This document shows positions 35,532 through 49,100 of a stretch of 64,000 nucleotides of DNA, one piece after another. Every line of letters starts with the position of its first letter. Position 1 is the stretch's first letter. Under the pieces are notes generated by a model. The model saw only the letters and a program-made list of their open reading frames with translations. It searched no databases and had not been told where the DNA came from. The DNA is taken from NCBI GenBank assembly GCA_043228905.1, contig JBHGNT010000020.1:9238001-9302000 (forward strand), written 5' to 3'. The DNA comes from Azolla caroliniana (Eukaryota > Plantae > Polypodiophyta). The translations under genes and the position numbers were made by a program.

Positions 35532-38399
35532 GGTATGCTTATGTATGAATGGTAATATTTGTTTATTGCTGAGTCTTAATATACCAATTATGAGAACTGA
35601 TAGTGGAAATACAGTTAATAGCTTATAGTAGTAATACATTCTTGACACCTAATAACATTAGATAATTAACTAATTACATTGGGGCTATGTATCATTCGAG
35701 ATAAAGTAATTTCTGTATTGATCAAGATTGAATACTCACTGTAAATAAAGAAGCTGTATCTTTTCTAGTGCCTTTGCTATATTTAGGCTGTTAATTATAT
35801 AAGGATGTTCTCACATAAAAAGGCCATCCTTGAATCCTGACTTTCCTGGCCAGTGTTCCATTTCTCCCGCAAGGTGTATTTTGATTGGTGAACGCCCACC
35901 TGTGTTTTAGCTCTCTAGATCTTTACTACGCCACGTGCTTGTTTTTATTTCAGAGGCAGTTAATTGAGTTAAAGAAAAAAAAGGCAATGATTCGTCTTGT
36001 GTCCTTGTATTTATCTTCCTCTCCTACATTCATTGAATTGTATTGAATCGTCTCTTTTTAGTTCATAAGATTGCAATTCTGTTACGGTTTCTTAGATTCC
36101 ATGCTGTGTGCGTGCAATTATGTTTCTGCCTTGGTTTCTGAGTCATTATATTGCTATCATTGCCATTTCTCAACATGTGTCAATTCTTCTAATCTCTGGT
36201 TTTGAGGAATGGAGGTGCCCGAATCAGTTTTCTTGCATTTAATATTTTATCAGTCATCTACATTGCATATGTATATTTAAAAAAATTCCTTCGTGAGACA
36301 GAAGTTGAGATTTAAATCTTTCAAACATTTTGGGACTGCACTGCATATTGATGCACTTCTTTGATTTCTTTAGCAAAGCGGAAACCATTACAAAGGTAGC
36401 ATTAACAATCCAAGGTTACATGGTTCAGTCTACAGAAGAATGCCTTAAAGGAGGAGGTTCCTGTGCAGATATCGTCTTGCCCAACTGTGTCACAGTATCC
36501 TCTTGTATCAGTTTGTAACACAATGCATGTATTTCTTATTGGACAAGTGAGGTCCACCTGAAACTAATACAAGTTCTCAGAAAAGGAACCAACATATTTG
36601 TTTGGGAGAAAGCTTCCCTATTTTTTATGACATTTTATTTTCTTCAAAATTGATGCATTATGGATAAGCAGTTTTTCAAAAAATCTTATTGCACTGTCCC
36701 TTCTGAAAATGAACACCTACCTATGTAATGCATTGACCTAAGCATCAAAGATAATCTGCGAGTCAAGAGAAGGTTAAGAATCCTCCTCCACTGGAGATGG
36801 TAACCTTTCCTGTAAAGGATCAATTCAACTTGACCATTCATTCCTCAGAATTGCACCTGTCTGAAAATAGTTGCCTATATCTATATGGGTGTTATTCTTG
36901 ATTTATTGCTTTATTAAAGTATAACCACAGAGCTCCAAGTAATTGGTTTATCTATGGTATATGTCATGGGGCCTCGCAATATCAAGGTTATGAAAAATAC
37001 AGCAATCTGGTGGTTGTGAAGCACAAGTTTGTTTATCCTCCAAGATGATTGATTATTTTTTCATACTTGGTAGTATAATCAAAGAGGTTAAATTCATTGG
37101 TTTTAAGAAATAGGAATTTCAGCATGTTGAAGTCAACGTGTAATCCATGTTGATACACCAGTATCCTCATGTTTGTGATTATCAAATGAAAGATTGCAAG
37201 TAAAGTGGAGATAATTAACCGAGTTGTTTGGAACATAATCTGAGTTCAAATATAATGCGGTGTGAAACGAAAAGTTGGAGCAGGTGTTTGAACATTATGT
37301 ACATGCTAGTATGATCATGCACTTAAGAAACAAATGTACATCACCTACAAAAAAAGTGTCGTTAAATACGTGTTATGATGTATTGTGTTTCTATAAATAA
37401 ATGCCTTCCTTGTTCAAGGACTTCATACATTTACTCTGATTGATAGGAGTCTTGAGGTGAATGCTTTGCTAAGGAGATTGACAAGTTCCGTTTCTGTTTT
37501 TAGCATTACCTAGAAGCTAGAATATGATTGATATCATCATTTTCTTGGATGATGCTTGCGATACTCTCTCCCACACTCACACACATACTTCTTGGATGAT
37601 GCTTGAGATTATATTACATGTGGGCAACCTCAAGTTAAGGTGAAACCCACAATGAATGGATACAAGAAAGGGATCTAGAGCTGTCTTGTTTGTGTAAACT
37701 ATAAACAATTCAAAGAAAAGAGCTTAGAGATACTCTCCATGAGAAATATACACAAGGAAAGACAACTATGGATCATCGTGTGAGTTTAGATAGCTTGATA
37801 GATACGTCAATGGATCTTCCAATGTTCTTCATCCTTTTAGAAAAGTCAAGGCATTTCCATCACAATTGGGTTACGGGTACATCTTCATTACAGCATATAC
37901 CCTCTTTGTGAAAAGAAGTGAACTTTTATTGGATAAGACATTGCTAGTGCTTCTAGGAAGATTAAATTGTAGCGTATGCTTTGCAATTGGTACAATTGAA
38001 CAAAATGGCCTTAATGATTTTTGTATCTTCATGTGAATTCTTGTCGGATATTTATCAATAAGTTTGGTTAGTTAGAAGATGGATCTACACTTGATAATCT
38101 CTAATATCCATACAACTTGTGCTTTTCGTTGAAGTTTTCCATGCTAAAGGATAGTCAACATGTGTGACCATTCATTTGGATGTACTATCTATATTAACCA
38201 ACAAAGAGTATGCAATTCTTCAATTTCTTTGTAATGGGTGAAGTTCTGAAATTGATCATCGGTCCCTTTGCCAAAGCAAATAACTTCCAAGGTTTTAGTG
38301 GTTCTTCATAAAATCAAGAAGCAAATGCGCTCTCTTTATCTCTTGCAAATAGTAATGTAATAGTTATGAAAGTTTAATTACAATTAACCGATGGATTAT

Positions 38400-39900
38400 C
38401 ATATCCTATTGGCTCTCTACAAAATCAATGAGGATTCTCATGACATCCCTCATCTCTATCTAGGTACATCCATCATTAATGGGGCTATATAGTCCCATGT
38501 GGTAAGGCCAATGCAAATAACGGCCACGATGCCTTACCAGCCTACAATCCCTAATTCCTTCTATGACAACCTCCTAGAAGTTTCCAATAAGGAAAATTGC
38601 CATACTAGTATGCCTTTTAGTCATCAAATGTGTTGTTGAACCTCATATTGATCATAAAAAACAAAGCCATTTTGTGTCTGCCAATTATATTATAATCCCT
38701 AATACCTTAGATACTAAAAGAGTAAGTCAAAATGTGGAGAAGGTATTCTCAAATGCACATGACTGACACCCATTGAAATAGAGATTTCGATACTCCACTT
38801 ATAAAAGCCCACATTATAGATATAAATTTCAAGATTGCCCTTGCCGTTGGACAAGTGATAAAGTGATATCAACCATGTTTCCTCTAAAATCAGGCAAAAT
38901 AAAAACATCCTAGAATCAATACTTCGCCTTCACATAGCAACTCCTAACATCCTAGAATCAATACTTTGCCTTCACATAGCAACTCCTAGAGGTAATCCAC
39001 CTACCATGACCCTCCAAGTAAATACCTTAGCTTTGAAATGAAGACAAGATTGCCAACCCATTTGTACATCTTGATATTCCCCATTCTTTATTAACTTGTT
39101 CTACTATCCATGCATACCTATGAATTAGTTTATGATATAATCATTTGCTTTTACTTTGATAAGGCTTTTATGACTTACTAATTGCTAATCTACTTTAGGT
39201 GTAACCATATAGTCAAATTGGGAATTGGATATTGCAAAGTTGGCATTTTGTGCAACTAAAATCATATAGCATGATAATTTCGGGGATAAGAAATCTTGTT
39301 CAAGTTGACTAAAAAGCCATTATGTTTCTTTGACTTCCTAACATAGCATTTTGGACATAAACCAAGCCCAAGTGTGCCATGTAGTTAAAAGTGGGGTAGA
39401 CAAGAGTGCTTCATCCTCCCATACCAAAAGACAAGATGTTGCCAAAACCTCAAATTGCAATGAATTTGTATTTTTCCTTTCATGCGATGGTTGCCACTCT
39501 TAAAAATCTAAAACACTCTATAAACAAGGCAATAGATGTTGACTTCTCAATGACATTTAATTTGTATTAGAAGGTGAATTCAATATATTATTGCTTTGGC
39601 TAAAATCTCAATACAAATAACCCATTGATGAAATCAATTTTCATTGCCTATGAGAAATAGGTGAGAAAGGATCTCTTCTTTTCCGTATATAGTGATGTAT
39701 TAACTATGAAAGTTGAATTGTATAGTCGATGGGGTAGACTATCCTATTAAATCGCCCCAACCGCATGTGGTAAAGGCTAAAGCAAAAGACAAACATAATG
39801 CCTTGCCAACTTAAAAATCCCTAATTCCTTTTGTCAACCTCCCTAAAGTCTCCAACAAGGAGAACTCCCATACCAATACATACATTCCATACATGCCAAT
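38400..39900 (-). mobile_element. Highly decayed L1-type LINE ORF2 C-terminal remnants
   Basis: KVFTWRVMVGGLPLG (~38985-39030) resembles the zf-RVT region; two homologous ~110-bp blocks at ~38500 and ~39770. Confidence 0.4.
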
Positions 39901-40575
39901 TATACCATAATCCCCAAAATGCTTTCTTTTAGAACAAGCAAAATGCCTACTAATCAAGACTTTTGCCAATGTTTTTGAGCTTTGAACTGCTTTCTATGTT
40001 TTTGAACAAGACTTTTTTTTGTGCTGTTTTTACCTCTTTCTGCCAGTAAAAATACATACACGTTCAGTCTTTCTGATCCATTCTTACCTATGGACAAGTT
40101 TGGTTGGCTGGAAAAACACAAATAAAAATGATCAAGTATTCAATGTAACAATGTTATGAGTTAACTCTTATGGAGTGTTGCAATATGCCAACGCTATCCA
40201 AGACTTTTGACAAGTTTGGTTGGCTGAAAAAACACAAATAAACCTGGCCAAGTATTTCATGTTATGAGTTCACTCTTATGGAGTGTTGAAATATGGAATG
40301 CTATCCAAGGACTTCCAAGGGTAATTAGGCTTGTTATCCCATCATACAGCATTCAGGGTTGAAACAAATTATATCCTATTTGACAAGGCTCTTGAGCTTG
40401 TCTCCCACAAAGAATTAATGCAGCTGCAATATGATATTTGGAATTCTACTGGATCAATCAATATACCCTGCTTTACAACAGTTTCAGATCAAGATCTCCC
40501 TTACATTTCAAGTTTTATCACGAATGCTTTTGGCATAGTGAGCAGACATTCATGCCTGTCGTACCTTCATATTAC

Positions 40576-43426
40576 TCATCCAGTAAATTCCTCAAGGAGT
40601 CCCTGTATTTCAAGGAAAATTCTAGTTTAAATCAGAAAATATTTGCATTTACAAGATGACCAGTAGGTCAATATATCTATCTATGAGCTTGCAACTATTA
40701 CACTAAGTTGTGACAACAGTTCCTACTATATCACTAACCTGGGATACAAGGGATTCTGCTTCAGTTCGCTTCATTAGATGGATAGAATTACGAAGTAAAG
40801 ATGTTGACTGATCATCGAGAAGAACTTCCCCGACATCATCCATTACTCTCACTTGGATGTATGGGTCTTTTGGTGGTGTTGTGTCCTGTTTACAATGTCC
40901 CACCCTCATGTATGTAAGATCACATTATCAAATAGTACTGTAACTTATCAAATAGTATTGTAACCGCAAATGAAAGTGTGAATTAGATCTATACGGATCA
41001 TATATGACCTTACATAGTGAAACAATGCATGTGAAACGAATATACGTGTTGATTCTAAATATATATATATATATATATATCAGTCGTATATGCCCTGCTT
41101 ACAAAAGGAAGGTTAGGCTTCTTATAGAAAGTGTATCCATACCAATGATGGTATGCACCACTTGATGGTATACAAGTGTTGATTCCTTTTGCTTGTATTC
41201 TTTTATTATGATGGTCATGTATGATGTTATATAAAGAACTAGTACAAGTAAAAGGAAGATGTATTCCTGATTAAGATGTGTGCATACCACTGTTAAATCT
41301 AGATCGATACTGGTCATATATGATCCAAGAAGGTCCGAATAACTCTTGAAAAACTCCCTTTCAGAGAAATTCAGCTTCTCCTGTATGTCAGCTAAAAGCA
41401 CAGCCCCAAGCTGCCATCGTAAGCGTTGTATCTTCAGGCTTCGGTTATACCTGAAGAAATTGACAAAATCATACACAAACATTGCAGAAAAATCTTCCAA
41501 AACCATACTGAAAATATCACTTTAAATGATAGAAGCATTATACGATAAACATACACATAAGATAAACGACATCACTTATCTCGAACCAAATTAATATCAT
41601 ATACATCACTTATCACTTTAAAATCATACATATACATTGCAGAAAATCCTTCCAAAACCATACTGACATATCACTTTAAATGATAGGATAAACGTACACA
41701 TAAGATAGAAGACATCGCTTATCTCGAACTAAACTAAGGTGGTGAATTAAAGCACCGAAATAGTCGCGATTCTGAGCTGTCTCGATGTCTAGACCTTCTT
41801 GTTGCATTTTTCTGCATAGGTACAAACAACGATAAAGGTAAATTACTCACATTTGGGTTCAACATTGGCACATTTATATGATCAATCAGAGGCACACTCA
41901 CACCATTCGTGTCTCGAGTTGATGATAATGTTCACTTGCTTCTTCCACAACTTGATCAAATAGATCATTCTGATTACACACCAGAAGTTTAACGTTAGAA
42001 GGCTTCTTGTTAGGATTGTTTGTCTAATAATTTATTCTTCCACCATCCTAACTTAATCACATGATATTCATTGTGCTAAGCAGTTTTTTGGGTTATTGAC
42101 AATTTCCTTTCTCTAATTTATTCCAAAATGTTAGTTCACCACATATGTTTCCATTGCGCTTTGCATTTAACTTTACATAAGCAGAGGAGCATGTGGTTTA
42201 ATTCTATACAATACAAAAAACCTTACCAGCCCTTTACATATGAACCAGTGCGGTTGTCCTCACAGGGATGAAATGAAAACTAATAAAGGTACTGCATGGG
42301 TGTAGTCACTAAGCGTCATTATACGTTTTTGCTTATAACTCTTATAGCCAGAAAAACTCTCATTTTGTGTTGCTAAGAGAATCAATTCACCATTCACCCT
42401 CGGCACACAGGAATATGCATTCATGGGTAGATACGGATGAAGTGGCTCACTTACAACTAGCTCTCTTGCCATGTTTTGTTTCACATCGAATTTGTATCCA
42501 TTTGTTTATACTGAAAATGACCAGACATGTCATTCTGAACCAAAAACAGAAGGTTCCAAGGGCGAAAGCTTTTTATTTCACTTAAAATCGAATACTCGTT
42601 TGCTCTAGCCATAACATGATCAAACAGATCATTATGACCATTTATCAGAAATTTTGAAGTCACAACGAATCTTGTTTGACATTATACATAAAAGCTAACA
42701 TTCATCTTACACGATGTAATAAAGCAGGCATAAATCAGAAATTTGAAGTTGTGCTTCTTGTTGCACTTAAAAGCTAACTTTCATTTTCTTTATCCATCAC
42801 ATGACCAAATAGGTAAATTTAATCACAGATCAGAAGCTTTGAAGTCAGAAGGCTGCTTCTTTCACGCAAAGAGTGATGTTCGTTTGTGTCTTCCACAACA
42901 TGATCATCAATCATTCAAAATCAGGTCTCTTGTTTTTCACCAAACCATACAGAAATGGTACGAAAATCCATGCAAAACACTGCAGCTAAAACATGTCATT
43001 ACTAATTTTAGGATCCAGATAAACAAATAATCAATGTTACCGAAAAACATAGACATACCCGAATTTGAATATTATTTGTTAAAATGATCCATCCACTTAT
43101 GAGGATTGAAAAGTGAAGCTAGAGGATTAAGATATAAATCCATGGGAAAATGACGTAGAGGGCATCTTATTTAGATGATTTTGGCATGAAGTTCTGGAAC
43201 CATTCTGACGTGAAGAATTCCATTAATCTCGACTATAACTTCGATCACGCAATGGAATGGGAAAGAACCCTAATTTGGAAGATGAGGAAACAGAACAGAA
43301 GAAGAAGAAGAAGAAGAAGAAGAAGAAGAAGCGGTGTGTGTGTGTACTTACATCGAATCGGTGAAGACGATCATCTTCGCTTTGAGCGAGTTCTGAACAG
43401 AGCTGAGCTCCCCTCCTACCGAACAT
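40576..43426 (-). CDS. PSF1: DNA replication complex GINS subunit 1 (PSF1); exons 43426-43352, 41969-41902, 41811-41698, 41450-41288, 40885-40739, 40602-40576 (197 aa)
   Basis: Spliced product MFGRRGAQL...NDLFDQVVEE...HHLSLVRDKRCLLSYVYNR...EREFFKSYS...DLTVDTTPPKDPYIQVRV...LVSQGLLEEFTG*. All introns GT-AG with matching phases. Confidence 0.93.
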
Positions 43427-43663
43427 GGCCTTACTCTCGCGCTATCTCTGTGTGTAGGGTCTGGTGTAGACTCTAGAGTCCGATCTGAACTGCTCTGTGT
43501 CTACCGCCTGGTTTTTGGAGGGAAGGAGGCGAGAAGCTCTTAATTCTAGCGACTAAAAGAGTAAACGCATGCAATGGGGAGGAAGATATACATACATAAT
43601 ATGTATGTAATGTACATACATATACATACATACATTATTGTATGTATGTATGTATGTATGTAT

Positions 43664-46062
43664 GGCTCGTGACTAACTACTACCAAATATTTAAGAGGGC
43701 AAGTGAAGGAATCACGGAGAGGGACGGTGTAGGTCGCACCGCTGATGGCGCGTTCGACCTTCACCGTCCAAGATGGATAAAAAGTTGACAGCCTCTAAGA
43801 AAAGGAGCCTGACTCTGTGTAAAGGAGCCCGGCTCTCTGACATCCTCTGTGAAAAGGAGCTCGACTCTGTGTAAAGGAGCCCAACTCTCTAACAACCTCT
43901 GTGAAAAGGAGCCCAACTCTGTTAGAAGGAGCCCCGTTGTCTGACAGCATCAGCAAGAAGGAGTCTGACTCTATCAAAAGGAACCACGTTGTTTGACAAC
44001 CTTTGTCATCAAGAGCTCGACCGACTCAGGGAAGGAGCCCGTCTTAAAAACAAACATCAAAAACTCCAAAAAATGGTAAGTGTACAACAATTTTTTGCCA
44101 TGAAAATGATCATAAAATTTCTCAAAAAAGCTTAAAGATTCAAATAACAAGTCTTACATAAAATGTTAAAACGTCAAATGTTGACAAACCTAAAATGAAA
44201 TATGAATATACACGTTACATATTAAGATTATGGCTCATGTCGGGATGATTGCAAGATGCAACCACAATTTTTACAACATGTAACATTCAAGTCCCTTGAA
44301 GTCAAGCCATCGCAACGCAAACACCAAACCTTCTCATGGTCACCTATTGGCAATCGCCTCCTAGCCCGACTTGCACCTCTTTGTAGTTTTCCAGAGTGGG
44401 ATTTGGAAGTATTTGGGGAGCTACCAACATTTGTGTCTATATCTGTATCCTTATCAATATCCGTGTCTATATATGTATATGTGCATATAAATGATGGGCA
44501 TAGGCATTTCACTTTTATGAAATTGTCTGCAATTACAATACACACTTTCCATATCTATGTTTTCATGAAAGAACAAAGAACAGACACAAATAGTTTCATG
44601 AGTGTTTCTAGGTGAACCTCGTCTCCTTTTCCCACAATCTTAAATCAATACATATGTACAACTTGCACATGTTGTTAGTCACATGAAAATGCAAAAAGGA
44701 TGGAAAGCATCCACGTAGTGGTCATCATAAAGTAGCAAATGTATATCTACACCAGATAACATATCTTTAGTTACAATTAAAGAGAAAATGGAGGGAAAGT
44801 ATCCATATGCATGGTGATCATAAAACAATATATGTATATATACACACAATCTGCATATATTTTAAATTACATTGAAAGGCCAAAAAGATGGATTGTATCA
44901 ACTTGCATGGTTACTTTGTCTTTGTTAGTTGGGTTCAAGGCTAGTTATCGAAATTCAGAAACTTGCTAACAAAAACAGAGAATGAATCAAGATATACTTT
45001 TCCCCATGGTTACTTTGTCTTCGTTAGTTGGGTTCAAGGCTAGTTATCGAAATTCAGAAACTTGTTAATAGAAATAGAGAATGAATCAAGATATACTTTT
45101 CCCTATCTTTTCTATATCTTGACTTGCCTACCCATAACTGTGTGAGACTACAAGAAGGGTGTGATGATATTTATGCCTGATTCAATTTCTTTGGCTAGGT
45201 AAAATTCCAACTAAAATATGTTTATTATCATTTGTAAAGCTAGTTCATGATCTTGTTGTAATGATATATAATTTTTTACACATTTTAACAAAAAGAAAAA
45301 GCTAGTGTTTCATATCGTTTCCTTAACCCATATTTAATTATGGCCATGAATATTGAACACATGGCTTCAAAATGGAAGAAATAGTGCATACCCTTCATCA
45401 AAAAGAGCACAAAAAGTGTGCATCAAGCCAGAAACAATGCAAATCATTATTTCCATCATAATAGAACCAAAACTTGTAGGATATTTAACAGACTAACACT
45501 CAGGTTCTCTCATCATTTTTCAAAACTGAGAGAGATATTGGAGAGGAAACTCCAATTTTTGGACCTATACAGTTAGGGCCTATCCAATTTTATGTGTCAA
45601 ATTTTTGAGCTTTCACAAATTGAACACACAAATATTAAGCAATTCATAAATAGACAAGAAATATGATACATACCTCTGGACAACATGTAAGCAGGTGCTC
45701 GCGGACAGCAAGATAGCAAGTGGTGCGCCTCACTGAAGATGCCCCCAACAGGTGCTCGCGGACAGCAGGTGGTGCACCTCGCTCTTAAACCCTAAATCCT
45801 AAACCTCTGTCTACCTATTTGTAAACAGGCAAAAATGATAGGTATGGGTTTTTATAGTCAATCCCATTCATATAGTTGGGCTCCCTTTCACAGAGACGGG
45901 CTCCCCTAAAATTGGACTTTTGGTGGCACGCTTTTTCGCGCCTTTCTTCATCCAGATTGGACGGTGCAGATCGCATGCGCCCACATGTAGCGAGCTGCAC
46001 CATCCCTCTCCGTGATTCCCTCACTTGCCCTCATAAATATTTGGTGGTAGTTAGACACCATG
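43664..46062. mobile_element. Non-autonomous DNA transposon with ~120-bp imperfect terminal inverted repeats (MULE-like?)
   Basis: ~43669-43785 (..CTAACTACTACCAAATATTTAAGAGGGCAAGTGAAGGAATCACGGAGAGGGA..) is the inverse of ~45943-46058. Both ends are embedded in TATG/TAGG microsatellite. No transposase ORF seen. Confidence 0.72.
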
Positions 46063-46191
46063 ATATGTATGTATATATGTAGGTAGGTAGGTAGGTAGGT
46101 AGGTACGTTACATATGTATGTATGTATGTAGGTACGTACGTACGTATGTAGGTATACGGAAAGCTCTATGTGGAAGTAGGAATGTGTAGAT

Positions 46192-49100
46192 TGTCGAATA
46201 CGAGAGTGTATAATGGCCGTATTCACACTGTCCCTTTGGACAACCCAAGTTTGGGCTATTTCTGTAAATAGCATAAAGGTCAGTTGCCCTAGGACAATCA
46301 CTATATAAAGCGACTTTGTAACCTTTAGAAAAGGCTAGTTGTCATTCTTTGTAAACTGTTGCTATTGGAATATAACGTTTTTCTTTGTGCCTCTCTCTCT
46401 CTCTCTATGTGTCTATCTTGCATATGTGCATACACAGGTTCTTCTTCATCACGAATGTTGCTTGCACTTCTGCATTGACGACCTTGTCCCCAACATTTGG
46501 TATCAGAGCGTTGGAGGTTCTTCAATCCGCTGTCGGCCGTCATAGTACACCACACAACATTCCGTTTTCGTTTTCTTTGAAGAACAGAGAAGGGAGAAGA
46601 AAAACAAAAAGCTCGCATCTCACTGTGTTAAATCACAAATTGGAGTAAGCCAGTCGGTTGTACTCTGTTCCTGTGATTGTAACCGCTTGAGGGGAGCTCC
46701 TTGAGCAACAACCGACCCAATTGTGCTTCATTCAGTTAAACAACATCCGAATAGGTCACCGGATGCTATTCACCCGCTTGTTGTAACCACCCACTACAAA
46801 TTGGTCTTTAGGCAACAACCAAATTTGTGCTTCACTTGGCTGATCGACATTCGGGAGAATCAGTTGGATCTGTCCCTCTCATCGCTACAGTCATTCAAAG
46901 CAGAATCGGCCCAAACAATCAGTTTCGTGTAATCGGTATTCGACATACGATTGGAAGCTAACCGGGCTCACTTTGACTCAGCAACATTCGGGAAGAACAA
47001 CCGGTTCTGTCCCTCAAGTTACTGGAGTCATTCAGAGCAAGTTCAACAAACAAATATCCGAAACCAAATAGACTCAGGTTCAAAACCGACTAGAACGATA
47101 TCGAGTGAGCTGACCGGATGCACCTCACTAAGGTTCGTAGTCAACTCCGAACCGGATCTTCCCAACCAAAACCGAATTAGATGGCATCAACATCCGGCTC
47201 ATCAGAGATGAGTCTAAGGAGGTTTGACAACTCGAACTTCAACTTCTGGAAGGAACAAATGCAAGACTATCTCATAGTCAAGGGTCAGATAGACCCGATT
47301 GAGAATGAAAATCCTCCAGAATCATACAAGGCAAACGAGTAACTAAAGCTGGACAGAATTGTCTGCACCATGATTCAGATGCACTTGTCGGAGTTAGTGT
47401 ACTTCACAGTGCAATCATGCACAACAGCTTTTGAACTATGGAAAACACTATCGGAAATGTATGAAAAGAAGGTCACGACAACGAAGATGTATTTGATTCG
47501 ACGCCTCTACAACTTGCGGATGAAAGAATCCGATTCGGTTCAGGCACACCTCAATGAGTACAAAAGCATAAGCTCCCAAATCTCGTCTCAAGGGACGACA
47601 ATCGAGGATGAACTTAGAGCAATGATACTCATGAGTAGTCTCCCCTCTTCATGGGAAACTTTCATTACAACCGTGTGCAATGCTTCAACAGTTGCCGTTA
47701 AGTACTCCCAAGTCACAAGCGCAATCCTGACTAAAGCGACTCGGAGAAAGTCTTTCGCCAATAACTCGGCAGATGAAGCTTATGTAGTACAAGGTTCGAC
47801 CGACTGGGGAAGAAGTTCTTCCCGACCGCCGAACAATTAGCGAAGTCGGAGCAAGTCCCAGGACAATTGAATTTGCAACTACTGCAAGAAACCGGAACAC
47901 ATCAAAGCCGGCTGTCGGGCACTCAAAGCAAAAACCGACAAAGCTCAGAGAGCGGATTAGAAGAGTAGCCGGCATGAAGAGGTAAACTACGTCGGCTCTT
48001 CAGCCAAAATTTTGACGACCGACCCGAACATACTGTCCATAGAGAACCCAGTCGAATCAGAAGTTCTGCTTACGACTGAGGAATCGAGCACATGGCTCTT
48101 GGACTCGGGCGCATCGTATCATGTGACACCTCACCGATCTTAGTTTCGGCAATACTCGGACCGGCACTCCGACTCAGTTCGAGTTAGAAACTCGCAACAC
48201 TGTGCTATAATCGGAATTGGCACCGTAGAGCTCAACCTTCCGGGCGGCTCTACACTCATACTACACAACGTCTGATAGGTTCCTGAGCTCTCAAGACCCT
48301 TGATCTTAGTCAGACAGCTTGACGAAGCCGGCATCCGTGCCAGATTCTCATAAGGAGGGTGGACACTCCACAAAGGGAACCTCCTGCTTGCTCGAGGACC
48401 AAAGGTACATTCCTTGTATCCTTTATATGTCACACTCAAAGAGGGTGACTTATTTTTGGTTGATATCCCCGTGTCATCGTTATGGCACAAACGACTTGGA
48501 CACCTCAGCAAGGCCGACATAACGCACCTATCTAGAACCGGTTACATCCCCAAACTCTCCTTCTCGGATCAGCAATTCTGCGAGCATTGCCATTACAGAA
48601 AATAGGTTGCCACATCACACTCGACATTAGCACCAAGGGAATCGAGTCCCCTCGATTTGGTCCACTCGGACGTCTGTGGCCCGATGCCACATCAATCTCT
48701 CGGCGGTGCCTCGTACTTCGTCAGTTTCATTGACGACTCGACTCGGAAGGTGTGGGCTTACCCCATCAGAACCAAAGATCGGGTGTTCTCGATCTTCTTC
48801 GAATGACTTGCAATAGTCGAAAATCAGACTGGTCAGAAACTGAAATGTCTCTGACCCGACAATGGAGGAGAATTCAAGTCTGAAGAATTCGTCAAATTTT
48901 GCTGGGAACGCGGCATTCAACGTGAATATATGGCACCCTATAGTCCGGAGCAGAATGGAATTGCTGAACGCATGAATCAGACGATTCAAGAACGCGTAGT
49001 ATCCATGCTCCAACACTCTGGACTGTCAGATGGCTTTTGGGCGGAGGCTCTACTTACGGCAGTACACATAATAAATATGTCGCCAAGTAGACCTCCAGGA

